From: Dendrobates tinctorius
Lineage: Eukaryota
Length of the DNA: 64,000 bases
NCBI RefSeq assembly: GCF_039654945.1
Contig: NW_027361765.1
Location: 17,298,001 to 17,362,000 of the forward strand
Direction: 5' to 3'
Of the stretch, positions 14,674 to 27,800 are shown in pieces. Both the position numbers and the translations under genes were made by a program. The notes under the pieces are model-generated. The model did no database searches, had not been told where the DNA came from, and was given only the letters and a program-made list of their open reading frames with translations. Position 1 is the first letter of the stretch; the number at the start of each line of letters is the position of its first letter.

Positions 14674-14686
14674 ATCTTATATAGTT
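14674..14686 (-). promoter_or_regulatory. Candidate TATA box for the MADF gene
   Basis: Minus strand CTATATAAG just inside the subterminal array, followed by a GTAAGT donor near 14492. Confidence 0.4.
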
Positions 14687-15794
14687 TTGGGACTGTCTGG
14701 AAAAGTATCTTTTTTTCTGGGCATGCGCAGTGCGATTTTGCGGATCCTGCCGGCGGATTCCGCAAAATCGCGGATCCCGGCGGATCCGCCGTCCATAGGA
14801 GCCCATGCTACCGCATGGCGGATGACGGCGGATCCGCCGTCATCCGCCATTTTGACGGCGAAAAAAAACGTTACATGCTCCGTCCCCCTCAGACAGAATC
14901 CGCAAAGAATTTTGCGGATCCGCCGAATAGCGGACGCAACGGACGACCATCCGTCAAGATCCGCCACTAATGTATCCCAATGGGGAAAATGGCGGATCCG
15001 CAACAAGAAAAAGCGGATCCGCCAATTTCAAATTTTAGCGGATTTTGACTGATGGCAAAAAACTGAAGTGTGAAAGAGGCCTAAGGGGTTAAACCATAAT
15101 GTCTTGGTCTCATCATCTGAGGATGGCAGTTAGAATAAATACATTTTAATTAAACTAGTGATGTGTGTAAAGTAAACATTGGCTGACCAAGGTGTGAAAT
15201 TGAACCTGTTCAACTCAAGGGCTGACCAAAGGGCGAAAGTAAACAGTGTCCTACAAACTCAATGCTCTGCCAATGTCTTAAACTATTCCCGGCAACTCCC
15301 CTCCTTGTTACATTTGTAATTATGTATTTTTTTCATGAATTCATATGTTCATAATATTGTAGGGATTTGCTCTTTTAGGCAGTGGCAGGGCCGCAGTAAT
15401 GAGGCAACACACAGGCTTAGAGTCCAACTTCAGTGGTTTAATGACACTTAAACAGCAGGTTAGTAAAGTAAAGAAAAAACACTAACATACTCCTGCTTGG
15501 AGAACCACTGGTCCTAGACTCACCCTTGCACGGGACGGGCTTAGCCCTGCTGTTCTGTTCCCATGTACTATACACTTGTATTGCTCCCGGGTCACTATTA
15601 TTAAACCTTGATTTTAGATACTCTAACTCAAATATTTTTATACCTTTTGCTTACTAGACTGTATGAGAACATGATTGGAAATAAAAAAAAAAAAAAAGAA
15701 AAATGAAATTGAAATCTTTATTTATTTATTATTTTTTTTTTATTCAGAAATGAGCAGAGGTCATTAATTTGACAAATGATACCTTTTATTATAG

Positions 15795-15878
15795 GAATAT
15801 GTGAAGCAACAAGCGGTTTCCCAGAGTAAAAAGAAAGAAAAGAAGGCCAGCAAGGAAAGCGATGAACAGAAGCTGCAG
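15795..15878 (+). CDS. tars3: Candidate tars3 N-terminal exon ([28 protein letters not shown])
   Basis: ttttattatag acceptor, CAG|gtgggt donor, 84 nt, phase 0/0; Lys/Glu-rich, like the TARS3 linker before the TGS region. Confidence 0.7.
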
Positions 15879-18800
15879 GTGGGTATCTTGTCACACCATT
15901 TCCCCTAAAGTCTAAATGGCATGTGTGAGAGATTTGCATGGTGAACTTCAGCATGGTGTGAAGTGGTGCTTGGGATTTTAGTTTCCTTTTATCATGTTAA
16001 AAAAAGAAAAGTTCACCTTTCTGTTCCCTTTAATTTATTAAGCTCTTAATACAATGCAGATTCTATAGATGTGATTAACATGGTACACTTTAATGTGGTT
16101 ATTAGTGGTGAGCAAACGTGCTCAGATAAGGTGTTCGAGTCCCTGCGGCTGCATGTCTCAAGGCTTCTACAGTCGCAACACATGCAGAAATTTCCTAACA
16201 AACAGACAATCCCTGCGTGTGTTGCGGCTGTCGAACAGCCATGAGACACACAGCCTTAAGATGTCATAGTTGAACACCATGTTACTTACAGAGACCGGCA
16301 AAGGAGAGGCAGCAGTTACCCAGGTAGGTGAGCATTTGTTTCTTTTATTTTTTATTTTTTTACTTTGTTGCAGATTATGATGGGATTGTTGCAGTTTCTG
16401 CATCTCTCGTTGAACTCAATAAAGTCTGTAATGAATTTACATGCTGCAGATTTAAATCTTCATTATTTGGCAATTTCCACCCTGATTATCCGTCCCCCCC
16501 CCCCCTCAGTTGACCTGAACCTCCTCATATGGGATATTTTAGGCATGCACCTGGTGCTAGCTGTGCAGTTTTCATATTTGAATCCTCTTGTAAAACGCTC
16601 AAAACTGTTAGATAGTAATTGCTGTATTATTTTACCAGCATTTACATTTGTAAAATTCCTTCCATGAGCAAATTCATAATTGGTAAAAAAAAAAAAATCT
16701 AGATAATGGAGATTGCCCCGCAACCATTTTTTACACCTTGACTGTAGCAGGAAACGATGCTAAATGGCTATGAAGGGGGACCAGACTGGCATCACGATAC
16801 AGCACCAACATCTTCAACAAGTGGACAACCCAACTCCTTCCAGCTTGTTCACCGAAGGGAATATCTGGACACTATGCAAAGGCCTTGGAAAGTCATTTTC
16901 CCACTTGAGGTATGGGATGGTAAGACCATGCTTACGTGCAACTCTTCTTTTTGTCTGATTTGCTTCCTCATTTACTATTTTGTTCCACTGTTGGGATCTC
17001 AGGAAGACCTAAAGGAGCCGGCTTCAACCATTATATTGAAAAGACTGGAGAAAATAAGGGAGGCAAGCAACCACAACCAGTCAGTCAGTGAGCCACATTT
17101 ACCCACATGGCTGGAACTATGTGAGGAAAGCAGGTTTAAGTCATCTGGTGCCTCATGGACGGTCTTATTCCAGGACCCAGTAAGTACGCGGTCAGGTCAT
17201 CTGCTTTACATAACACATCTTTAATCCATATATCATGGAATGCAGAAATGAGGCAAGAATGCTACTACATGCATAACTGCCAAAAAGAAAAGCATGATGG
17301 GAAATTTTATATAACTTTTACTATTAGAAATTACAGCGTACTGACTCGTTTCAACCACACGGGTCATAGCATTTACTAACTATGCCTGTAAAACTACAAA
17401 CATTCATCCAGAGTTCCTGGAAATCTTCTGTAGACACTGCTCAGGATTTTTAGGCTTCATTCACACAAGATGCATTTACGCCTCCGTTTTTATTTTCTTT
17501 CTTTAAAATATAGTACGGTTGTATTACTGTGCTGTTAAAAGTTGCGAGCTAAATTACAGAAACAATATTTTCTTCCTTTCTAGTCTCCAGACCCCTATTT
17601 ACTGTTACTGAAGAGAGGATTACAAGGCAACCCCAAAGAACAGACAAAAAGAAAGTCCCAATCGGGGGGTAAGTCACAAGATTGCGTCTGCTACTAACTG
17701 CTTCTGTGGAAAACTCAGATCTGACCCCATCCGTCCAATACCGCTCTGCATGTGATAAGTTGTTCCAGACTTTTGTTCTATATCTGTAGCTGCGCTAAAA
17801 ATAAGAAGGGAAAAAAAAACTTTGATATTCCTGTCGCATATAGACATGATGGGTATTGGCCAATTAAAACAAATTACAGAAGCAAAGAATGGGTAAAAAA
17901 ATAAAATGCTGCCCCCTCACCAGCTCTGTTATTTTGTGGACCGATTGAATGATTTTTGGCTGGTTAGCACATTCTAGTACAAGGGTCTGTGAAAAACTTG
18001 GACAGCAGACTCGTGTATGGCATCAGTCGCCTGACTGCTGCTTTTCTCTGACTGTTTGCTGACAATAGTTTGTGAATCTTTATCAGTTTTTCTCACATTA
18101 CAAAAAACAAGCTGATGAAACACTGATGGCAAAAATTGACACTGATAAAAATCTGATCCAAAAGATGGATTTTTTTTTTTACGTCACCATACCATGAGAA
18201 AGAAAAAAAACAGCTCTCTGAATGAGGCCTACCTCCCGACTCCTTTGCTGACTGCTCCGATAGTTAACCAGGCAATAACTGTTGCGTCACCTGTCCACAG
18301 AGACCCATGATTGGCTGCAGCAGTTGAGTGACCCAAATGGCTCGGCATTAGAGGCGCTATTCCAGTCACTTGTCTGCTGCAGCCAGTCATAGGCCTCAGA
18401 AATAAATAGTACCGGTCCCTCTTCCTCTCTTGCCTCTGTAAGAGAACACAGTGTTACTAGCAGGAGCTATGAAACATCGATATTACAAGAGCTCTGCTTG
18501 CTTTCAGGGAATGAAAACCTTCATGTTTGTGTTCAATGAGTGAAACCTTCTTTATGAGCTAATGCATTTAACTGTATAGTTTGGAAATTATGCTAACTGC
18601 TTTCTAGTTTGATATCTTTAGCCAAAATGTTTCTTTGTTGCTCAGGTTCCCTGATCAAGAATCCAACTGAACGAAAAAAAGGGAAAATGGAAGTGAGTAA
18701 TACTGATTATACTTAACTGTACTCTAACATATTCGCCATCTACAGGGGAACTGTATTATAATAAATCAGCCGATGTGCCGAAGAAGTCTGTCACAAGATG

Positions 18801-21800
18801 TCAATGGTCAGGGGCCATGAAGTTTGATGCCTACTAGTTCCAAAGGGCTCACTTAGACAAGCTTATTATGTGGAGGCGCGCTATGCGTGTGCCCCACAGA
18901 CGGTACACAGGGACACATGGCTGATTTACCTAACAGACTGGTGCAGGAGTATAGCAGGCAGCGTCTATGTGGACAAGCACACACAGCCAGTCAGTTTTCG
19001 GCGTGACTAGCAGGAGTTTTAGTATGGCATACTGCAATGATCTATAATTTGATGACCAGTCGGGGGGCTAACCTCAGGGACCCCCTTTGAATGAAGGGAC
19101 TTCAGTGCTATTGTAGTGTGGTGTCCTCTTCACTGGTTTTCCCGTGCATGGCGCTTCTGGCTTTTCCCTCTGTAGGGAACACAGTATGGTCTGTGATGTA
19201 TGCTGAGCACACAGTTAGTCCAGTTTTTTTTTTTTAGCACCAGGGAACAGTTCACAGTGAAATTGGAATGTGAATGTAATGTATACATTTAAAGGGTTAC
19301 TCCAATCTTCTAAAGTGGTGACATATTGTTACAATAGGCCATCTCTTCATGATCAGTGGCTGCGGTGTTGGTTGGGGCGGCGTTGCTGGTTTAGTGATGC
19401 TTTGCCATCCACTCTGCTGCGTACCACAGCATTGCCCTATTATATGGATACAGAGAATCGGAGCACAATTAGCACTGACACCCGGCTGCCGATCGCAGCA
19501 GGGCAGGAGCCGAGGAGCATTAGCATATCGTATCAGATGCCATACACTAGTGTGACCCCCGGCCTTAGTGTTTTGTTCTTGCTGCTGAGCAGATTTCTTG
19601 TTTTTGTTTTTTTATTTATTATTATGGTATTATTATTTTTATGCATGCAGTAAAACACAATGTGTCTAGTATAGAATTGACACCAATAAATGTATACTCA
19701 TGATGGACATTTGCACTGGAAACCTTTTAATGATGTCATGTATTTTTTTTTGTCTGACTTTTTAGTGTTTTCTGTACTTTGTGCAGCTTTTCCACACGCA
19801 AACATTTAGAAACCCTTTTTGTGTCCCTGATCTCCTTCACTATTTCTACGTAGTCTCATACCTATATATCTGTTAATTACATGGCAGCTTTTCAGAAATT
19901 GTAGTCAGGATTACATGGAGTACTATCTTACACCTGCATTTGGCCATAGACTGTGATATCATCATTTGTATGCAGTATACATGTCTGGAGGTTTGTTTTT
20001 GTTTTTTTGTTTTTACTGTCTGGCACCAAAAAATGAAGCCAAGTTGTCAACGATTTGCTAACATCTGACAAATGTGAAGGATCCAACCATCTAATACTGT
20101 TCAGTGCTTCCTGACTCTTCTCTGACTACATATGTTGGGGGAAAATGAGGATCAGGCAGTAGAATTTTAATATGCCCAATCATTTTTTTTCTTGGGGATA
20201 TAAACCACCAGTGGTGCTTAATACCTTCTTATTATGAAGCATTCATGTGCGGAAGACTCACAAAATATAGCTGAATTGTTCATCCAACAGCTGTCCGTGT
20301 ATAATCATAAGGCTGGCCATATATGATTAACTGTTTTTTTGCTTGCTAAAATACCAACTTACACGTGATATTTTGACAATATAGGTTCCATTAATAATGT
20401 TGCTATAGGTACGTCCATTAGTTTCCCATTCATATGAAGGATTATTAGAAGAGGAGGAGGGAATATAATCTGCAGCGTCATAACTGGGCAAATCACAAAA
20501 CAATATGGCGTAGTTTACATTTAGATTTTCAGTTTCACTGTTCATCATAATGCTCCGTGTTATAAACCTCGTTGCCTTAATTTGTTGGTGTTCACCTTTT
20601 TATTTTGGAGCAGTGACTGAGGGATCTGATCATTGCGTGAGTTTGTCAGTGGCTGACGACATGTGCATGGTACTTGCATTGCTGTGGAGTAGTGTAAGGC
20701 TCTGTTCACACCGGTGTCCGAGCCTCTGTCCATATCTTTCATTGGAAATTCAGCCTGTCTTTAAAGGGAAAGTAGCCCGGCATGGCTTCACCCAACAGTC
20801 AGGTTACTGTAGTCTGACCAATGTGGCAGAGCATTGCCCCAGATTTGAACAAAGCCTTCATATGATATTGATTTTTGTGTTCATATTTTATTCTACTGAC
20901 CTAAAATTTAATTTGGGTTTGTGATTTGTGTGCTCAGAAGTTCCAAATCATTGTTTCTCTGAAAAGCGGTTTTTCATTTTAGGAATTTCTCTTCTTAAAT
21001 ATTAATTCAATGGAATGTGTTATCAGAAAAAGACCTGTTAAGACGAAGTCTATAATAAATCTATATTTATTTTCATATGTTTTCTTGTTTGACTGATTTT
21101 TTTTTTCCTTAACATGTAATTCTATAAAATGCATATGCACACCCTCAAATATGTCTAAAGAGGTATTAATTGTTTATATATGCACTGTGCACTTTACATG
21201 TCTTTCATGAATTGGTATTTAACTTCTAGCCTATTTTTCTCAATGGAAAGCTCGTTTCGATTATACCTTTGTGCATTGAGCACCTTTTGTGCGTATTACA
21301 GTTAGTACTTGCCTTGTGTCCTTACGCTCCCGTATTCTGTATATGTTCCTAAAGCTTGAACTGATATTTTATTAATCACTTTTACCAGTAAATATCAATA
21401 AAATTTATTTTTTAGTCTTTCATATTTTGCAATTTATCGTCATACCTCTTTAGACATATTTGAGGGTGTGCATCTGCATTTTGTTAAGACGTTGTTGCCC
21501 ATTCTAAATTCGACTATGTTAATGTGTAATTTTATAAGTAAAATTTGACTACTATGTCGTCAGTGCACAAACAACTGGGGTATTACAAATCCCACATTAG
21601 ACTATTGCGGTCCATAAACCACAGCGTGAAGTCCTGCTATGGGCAGAGTACGGTTTCTTTGCGTGTACTTTCTTTGACAGAAATGTAAGTGAACTTAGGG
21701 CTGCAATCACAAAACCCCACCACCTGTGCACTGTCAATTATTGTTTTATTATAGATATTCTTCATTTTAAAACTAACGTGTATATATAGTCCTGCTGATT

Positions 21801-24800
21801 TCTGACTTTCATCTTTAGGCTATTCCATCCCCAGAATTTATCAAGGATCGTCTTGAAATCTATGACATTTTGAAAAGGGAACATGATGCTTTAATGGCAG
21901 ACCGAGCTGCAAAACAAAGCAAGCCCATTAAAATAGTTTTGCCTGACGGAAAGGCCATTGATGGACAGTCCTGGAGATCAACCCCTTTTGAAGTGGCTGC
22001 AGGAATAAGGTAACTAGTTTTTTTTTAATCATTTTTAAGTGGATTTTGTAAACTATTTCACAATACAAATCACATACAATACTAAAGTGATCTTACAGAC
22101 CTGATAAGGCTGGTGTACTTACTGTAAAAAATCCATGGCAGAGCGGCTTCCAATGCTCAGTACAAGCTGCAGCAGGCAGCCAGTCAGGCTGGTTGTCGAA
22201 GACTGAATATATTTGGACTCGTAGCTCTCTCACCCTTTACCTGGACTCCTAAACTGGTCATTTTAAAAGCCTGATTATGCAGCCATTCTGACATGGCTTT
22301 TCACAGTAAGTACACCAGCCTCACTAGTTGCAAGAGATCTGTATAATAATGTATGCAGTTTAGTTTAAAAAATCTAGTGACAGCCATTTTCAGAATGTTT
22401 ATAGTTGAGCAGCGCACAGACTTTTTTTTTTTGGAAGCTCTTTACCTAAGGTCCAAATTAATTTGGCAGCAATGAAAGAAAAGATGTACCCAATTGTATT
22501 TGGCTTCTACAACCGTGATTAAAATCGTGATGTGTAATGAGGTCTTTGTGTTTGCTCCATTCCTGGTAAATGCACATTGCATAAAGTTTAGTCACCTGCA
22601 TAGTCTCAAACCAGTGAAATGTTCGTGTGTCTTTCAGCCGTGGACTGGCCGACATTACCGTTATAGCCAAGGTGAATGCTGAGCTCTGGGATCTCGATCG
22701 CCCACTAGAAGGAGACTGCACTTTAGAATTGCTGACGTTTGACAGAGAAGAGGCTCAAGCCGTAAGTTACAGATGAATATACAGTAGTGTTAAAAAAAAA
22801 AAAAAAACAGATTCTTAAATTATCGTAAGTTTTTGTGTTATTCTAAACGGACCATAGTCTGGAACAGGCAGGCATGTGCAATCATTCTGCAATAAAACTT
22901 GTAAGGGTATTACCACCCGAGACATTTCTGGAATAACGAAAATGAATGCCAATAATGTCGAATGGATAAAAGCCAGTGAGACCTGTGCATGTGGGAAGAA
23001 TTGGGGTTCCTTCTCACAAAGATACCATTCCAGAGAGAAGGTGACAAGTGCACGTGGCTCTGTGTAGTATACTCAGCTGCCATAAACTACATTGATGCCC
23101 ACTTTTACAGCATATACACTTTCTGGAGGGCCAAACAAAGGTCAAGAGATGCATTCTCTAAATATTTATGAGGGACACAAAGATGGCCAAGTACCACATC
23201 TCTTCTTTTATATGAAAACTACATTGAAACCGCCAAACACAGGCAATTGTGTTTGCAACCAGATTGTTGAGGGCCACACAGAATGGCGTTGTTGGATGCT
23301 TATGGTCCCCAAGCCACAGGTTGTACACCCTTGCCATACAGTGGGGCAAAAAAGTATTTAGTCAGTCAGCAATAGTGCAAGTTCCACCACTTAAAAAGAT
23401 GAGAGGCGTCTGTAATTTACATCATAGGTAGACCTCAACTATGGGAGACAAACTGAGAAAAAAAAATCCAGAAAATCACATTGTCTGTTTTTTTTTTCAT
23501 TTTATTTGCATATTATGGTGGAAAATAAGTATTTGGTCAGAAACAAGCAATCAAGATTTCTGGCTCTCACAGACCTGTAACTTCTTCTTTAAGAGTCTCC
23601 TCTTTCCTCCACTCATTACCTGTAGTAATGGCACCTGTTTAAACTTATCAGTATAAAAAGACACCTGTGCACACCCTCAAACAGTCTGACTCCAAACTCC
23701 ACTATGGTGAAGACCAAAGAGCTGTCAAAGGACACCAGAAACAAAATTGCAGCCCTGCACCAGGCTGGGAAGACTGAATCTGCAATAGCCAACCAGCTTG
23801 GAGTGAAGAAATCAACTGTGGGAGCAATAATTAGAAAATGGAAGACATACAAGACCACTGATAATCTCCCTCGATCTGGTGCTCCACGCAAAATCCCACC
23901 CCGTGGGGTCAGAATGATCACAAGAACGGTGAGCAAAAATCCCAGAACCACGCGGGGGGACCTAGTGAATGAACTGCAGAGAGCTGGGACCAATGTAACA
24001 AGGCCTACCATAAGTAACACACTACGCCACCATGGACTCAGATCCTGCAGTACCAGACGTGTCCCACTGTTTAAGCCTGTACATGTCCGGGCCCGTCTGA
24101 AGTTTGCTAGAGAGCATTTGGATGATCCAGAGGAGTTTTGGGAGAATGTCCTATGGTCTGATGAAACCAAACTGGAACTGTTTGGAAGAAACACAACTTG
24201 TCGTGTTTGGAGGAAAAAGAATACTGAGTTGCATCCATCAAACACCATACCTACTGTAAAGCATGGTGGTGGAAACATCATGCTTTGGGGCTGTTTCTCT
24301 GCAAAGGGGCCAGGACGACTGATCCGGGTACATGAAAGAATGAATGGGGCCATGTATCGTGAGATTTTGAGTGCAAACCTCCTTCCATCAGCAAGGGCAT
24401 TGAAGATGAAACGTGGCTGGGTCTTTCAACATGACAATGATCCAAAGCACACCGCCAGGGCAACGAAGGAGTGACTTCGTAAGAAGCATTTCAAGGTCCT
24501 GGAGTGGCCTAGCCAGTCTCCAGATCTCAACCCTATAGAAAACCTTTGGAGGGAGTTGAAAGTCCGTGTTGCCAAGCGAAAAGCCAAAAACATCACTGCT
24601 CTAGAGGAGATCTGCATGGAGGAATGGGCCAACATACCAACAACAGTGTGTGGCAACCTTGTGAAGACTTACAGAAAACGTTTGACCTCTGTCATTGCCA
24701 ACAAAGGATATATCACAAAGTATTGAGATGAAATTTTGTTTCTGACCAAATACTTATTTTCCACCATAATATGCAAATAAGGCTGGTTTCACATTCGCGC

Positions 24801-27800
24801 TTTTTAAGCGCACGCACGGCCGGGGGTAGCTCCGCCCCCGAGCCGGCTCTCTGCCCGGCGTGCCCGCCCCTTCCTTGTAGCGCCGCCTCCTAGCGCACAG
24901 CGGCGCCTGCGATCGGCGCACCCTATCTTTAGCATAGGGTGCGCAGATCGTGCGCAGGCCGTGCGCTAGCTAGTTGCGCTTTGACCTGCGCTGCGCACTT
25001 TTGACGGTGCGCCGTGCGCGCCAAAATCAAACTTTTCGGATTTTGGCGCGCACGGCGCACCGTCAAAAGTGCGCAGCGCAGGTCAAAGCGCAACTAGCGC
25101 ACGGCCTGCGCACGATCTGCGCACCCTATGCTAAAGATAGGGTGCGCCGATCGCAGGCGCCGCTGTGCGCTAGGAGGCGGCGCTACAAGGAAGGGGAGGG
25201 CACGCCGGGCAGAGAGCCGGCTCGGTGGCGGAGCTACCCCCGGCCGTGCGTGCGCTTAAAAAGCGCGAATGTGAAACCAGCCTTAAATGAAAAAAAAACA
25301 GACAATGTGATTTTCTGGATTTTTTTTTCTCAGTTTGTCTCCCATAGTTGAGGTCTACCTATGATGTAAATTACAGACGCCTCTCATCTTTTTAAGTGGT
25401 GGAACTTGCACTATTGCTGACTAACTAAATACTTTTTTGCCCCACTGTAGTTTTCAGCAGCGGCACAGATTCTTCTGCAATATACTCATTGGCCTGTAAG
25501 ACATGATAGTACAATTTTTTTTGGGGGGGGGTTAAGTGCACCTCTTACTTGTTTTTGATTATTCAATATAGAATTAAAACAACCCAAGAGTACTGTACAA
25601 TGCTAGTGACTGGAACATTAGTGATTTGAATTGTATTGAGTAGAGGGCTCTTCAGCTTCACCCATCAAAATCCTCTGCAAAATCCAGAAAGGCTTTAGCT
25701 GCTTGTGAACTCAGAACTAGTCCTCTTCTAGATATTGGAAGTCAGTGAAGTGCAAGCTTTTCTAACTACATGTTCCTTGCAAACCTGCAGGTTTACTGGC
25801 ACTCTAGTGCGCATATTCTAGGCGAGACCATGGAGAACTACTATGGAGGCTGCTTGTGCTATGGCCCACCTATAGAAAATGGCTTCTATTATGATATGTA
25901 CTTGGAGGAAAGGTAAATGTCTCTACAAATGTACAATATATGGGAAATGTTTACATACTGGAATAGTGAACACATTACTGTAACTTGTGTTGTGTTTTTT
26001 TGTTTGTTTTTTTAAAGTAACTATGCCACATATTACCTTTTAATAGATTTACTAAAAATGTTATTTTAATTGTGATTAACCCTGTATATGTTTGTGTATA
26101 GAGGGGTGTCCAGCAATGAGTTTCCGGTCTTGGAGGATATGTGTAAAAGCATCATTAAGGAGAAGCAGCCGTTTGAAAGGTTGGAAGTCAGTAAAGAGCT
26201 GCTCCTGGAAATGTTCAAGGTAAAGTGGACTGCAAATGTATAGATGGCATTTTCTTTGCATATGGTGTCCCTATGGGTTTGTTGTAATTGTACATACACA
26301 GAACTATATAATGATGATTTCAATATATTAAGAGCATAAAAACTTTGATGGTAGTGCTTCTTTAAAGGGAGTCTTTCATGCTGCCCGAACAAGCATTACA
26401 AATATGAATGTTTTACTCAGAAATGCTGCAGTGGTTTAAAGAAAAACATTGTTGGAAGTGTGACCATAGACGAGGTCCTTAGTCACAAAGTGTATCTCCC
26501 AGTACTTTCCCTCCCTCTCCCCCTAGACCAGGGGTGGGGATCCTTTTTTCTGACAAGGTCCATTTGGAAATTTCTTTCTGAGGGCCGCACAAAATTAATC
26601 AGTTAACTTGCCCCCTAATGTGTTGGATGGAGCTGCTTCTCTTCGGTGTGGCTATGATGTTATGTCATATTGAGCATGTTTGTCACAACTGCTTTTCCAG
26701 GTTTGTGTTGGTCTGGGGCACAGTCAACTCTTGGTGATTTATACGTTTTGTAAAGCATCTACATCACATAGGAGATGCTGGAACTGCTGTTTATACATCA
26801 CATAGGAGACTGCAACTGCTGTGTATATAGAATGATGATCTTTTTATTTAGCGCCAGCATATTTCGCAGAGATTTACAGTTTAACAGTTCATACACAAGT
26901 CATAAGTAACAACATTAAAAATTATACAATAATCAATGCAAAATGAGACAACCCTGCCTGTTATGATTGGGTCACCGAGGAGGAGCGCAAGCCCAAGCTA
27001 AGCCACAGAAATCCAGAAAGGTTGGTAACTAAGCGGATTGCAGACCCCTGATCCTATCCACACAACTAGCAGTAGCCGTGGAGCGTACCTACGATGATCC
27101 TAGACGCCTCAGCACAGCCGGAGAGCTAACAGCCTAAAGCAAGAAAGGGGAAATCTAAACTGCCCCAGAGCAGACCCCAAAGGAATAGATAGCCTCCAAA
27201 CATATATTGTTGGTGAGACAAGATGAAAACACAAACGCAGGCAGGAAAATACACTGAGCAAATGATGGGGCCCACACTGACTAGACAGGACAGGAAAGGA
27301 AAGACGCTGTCTGCAATCACGCAAAAAGTCCAACACGTCTGATGCAAAAAACACTGGAGTCGCACGACTTCGCCCACTATATCAGCACTCTGGTATATTC
27401 TGAAAGCGGAGCAAAAAGAGGCCAATCTAATAAGGGACAAAAACAAACTGGCACAAGCAGTAACATATGCACGGTGATTCAGCACAGCCCCAGCCGGAGC
27501 TGGCTGACCCACACAAAACTGAGAAAGACAAAACCAGATCAAATGCAAACAGAATAGCAAATGAACACTTAGCTGAACATGCAGGGACTGAGCTGGAAAC
27601 ATCAGACCTCAGGAGGCAAGAAGAAAATCAGCAGGGATAGAGGGAGTCGGCTGTCTTAAATCCCAATCTGAAACCCCAGAAAGCGAATTCACCACACCTG
27701 CCTGTAAAAGCTTACAAAGTACAGGTGCTTATTTACAATGATGGTCCAGTCATCTTGAGGGAGTGGGCAATAGATAAAGGCTGCATGAGCTAGTTACCAG

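Larger units (their letters stand above)
7543..15081. mobile_element. PIF/Harbinger transposon, full-length two-gene type (7.5 kb)
   Basis: ~68-bp TIRs GGCCTCTTTCACACTTCAG... with one mismatch seen, TAA TSD, convergent transposase and MADF genes, subterminal CGGATCCG arrays. Confidence 0.96.
4459..15088. mobile_element. TTAA-flanked piggyBac-like non-autonomous element; body 4459-7542, last bases displaced to 15082-15088 by the Harbinger insertion
   Basis: TTAA|CCCCTTAACGAC at left; GTCGC-TAA-[Harbinger]-TAA-GGGG|TTAA at right; no ORF. Confidence 0.82.
23339..25447 (+). mobile_element. Tc1-like transposon, full length, MITE inserted in the right TIR
   Basis: TA|CAGTGGGGCAAAAAAGTATTTAG...CCCCACTG|TA. 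Confidence 0.96.

Noticed and set aside
16757-17224. 155-aa ORF as a gene or tars3 exon
   Set aside because: No motif recognised and no convincing phase-compatible splice sites found.
24472-24474. Programmed readthrough or selenocysteine at the in-frame TGA (also 56091-56093)
   Set aside because: The sister copy has TGG at the first site and Trp is the conserved residue at both; simple nonsense mutations.
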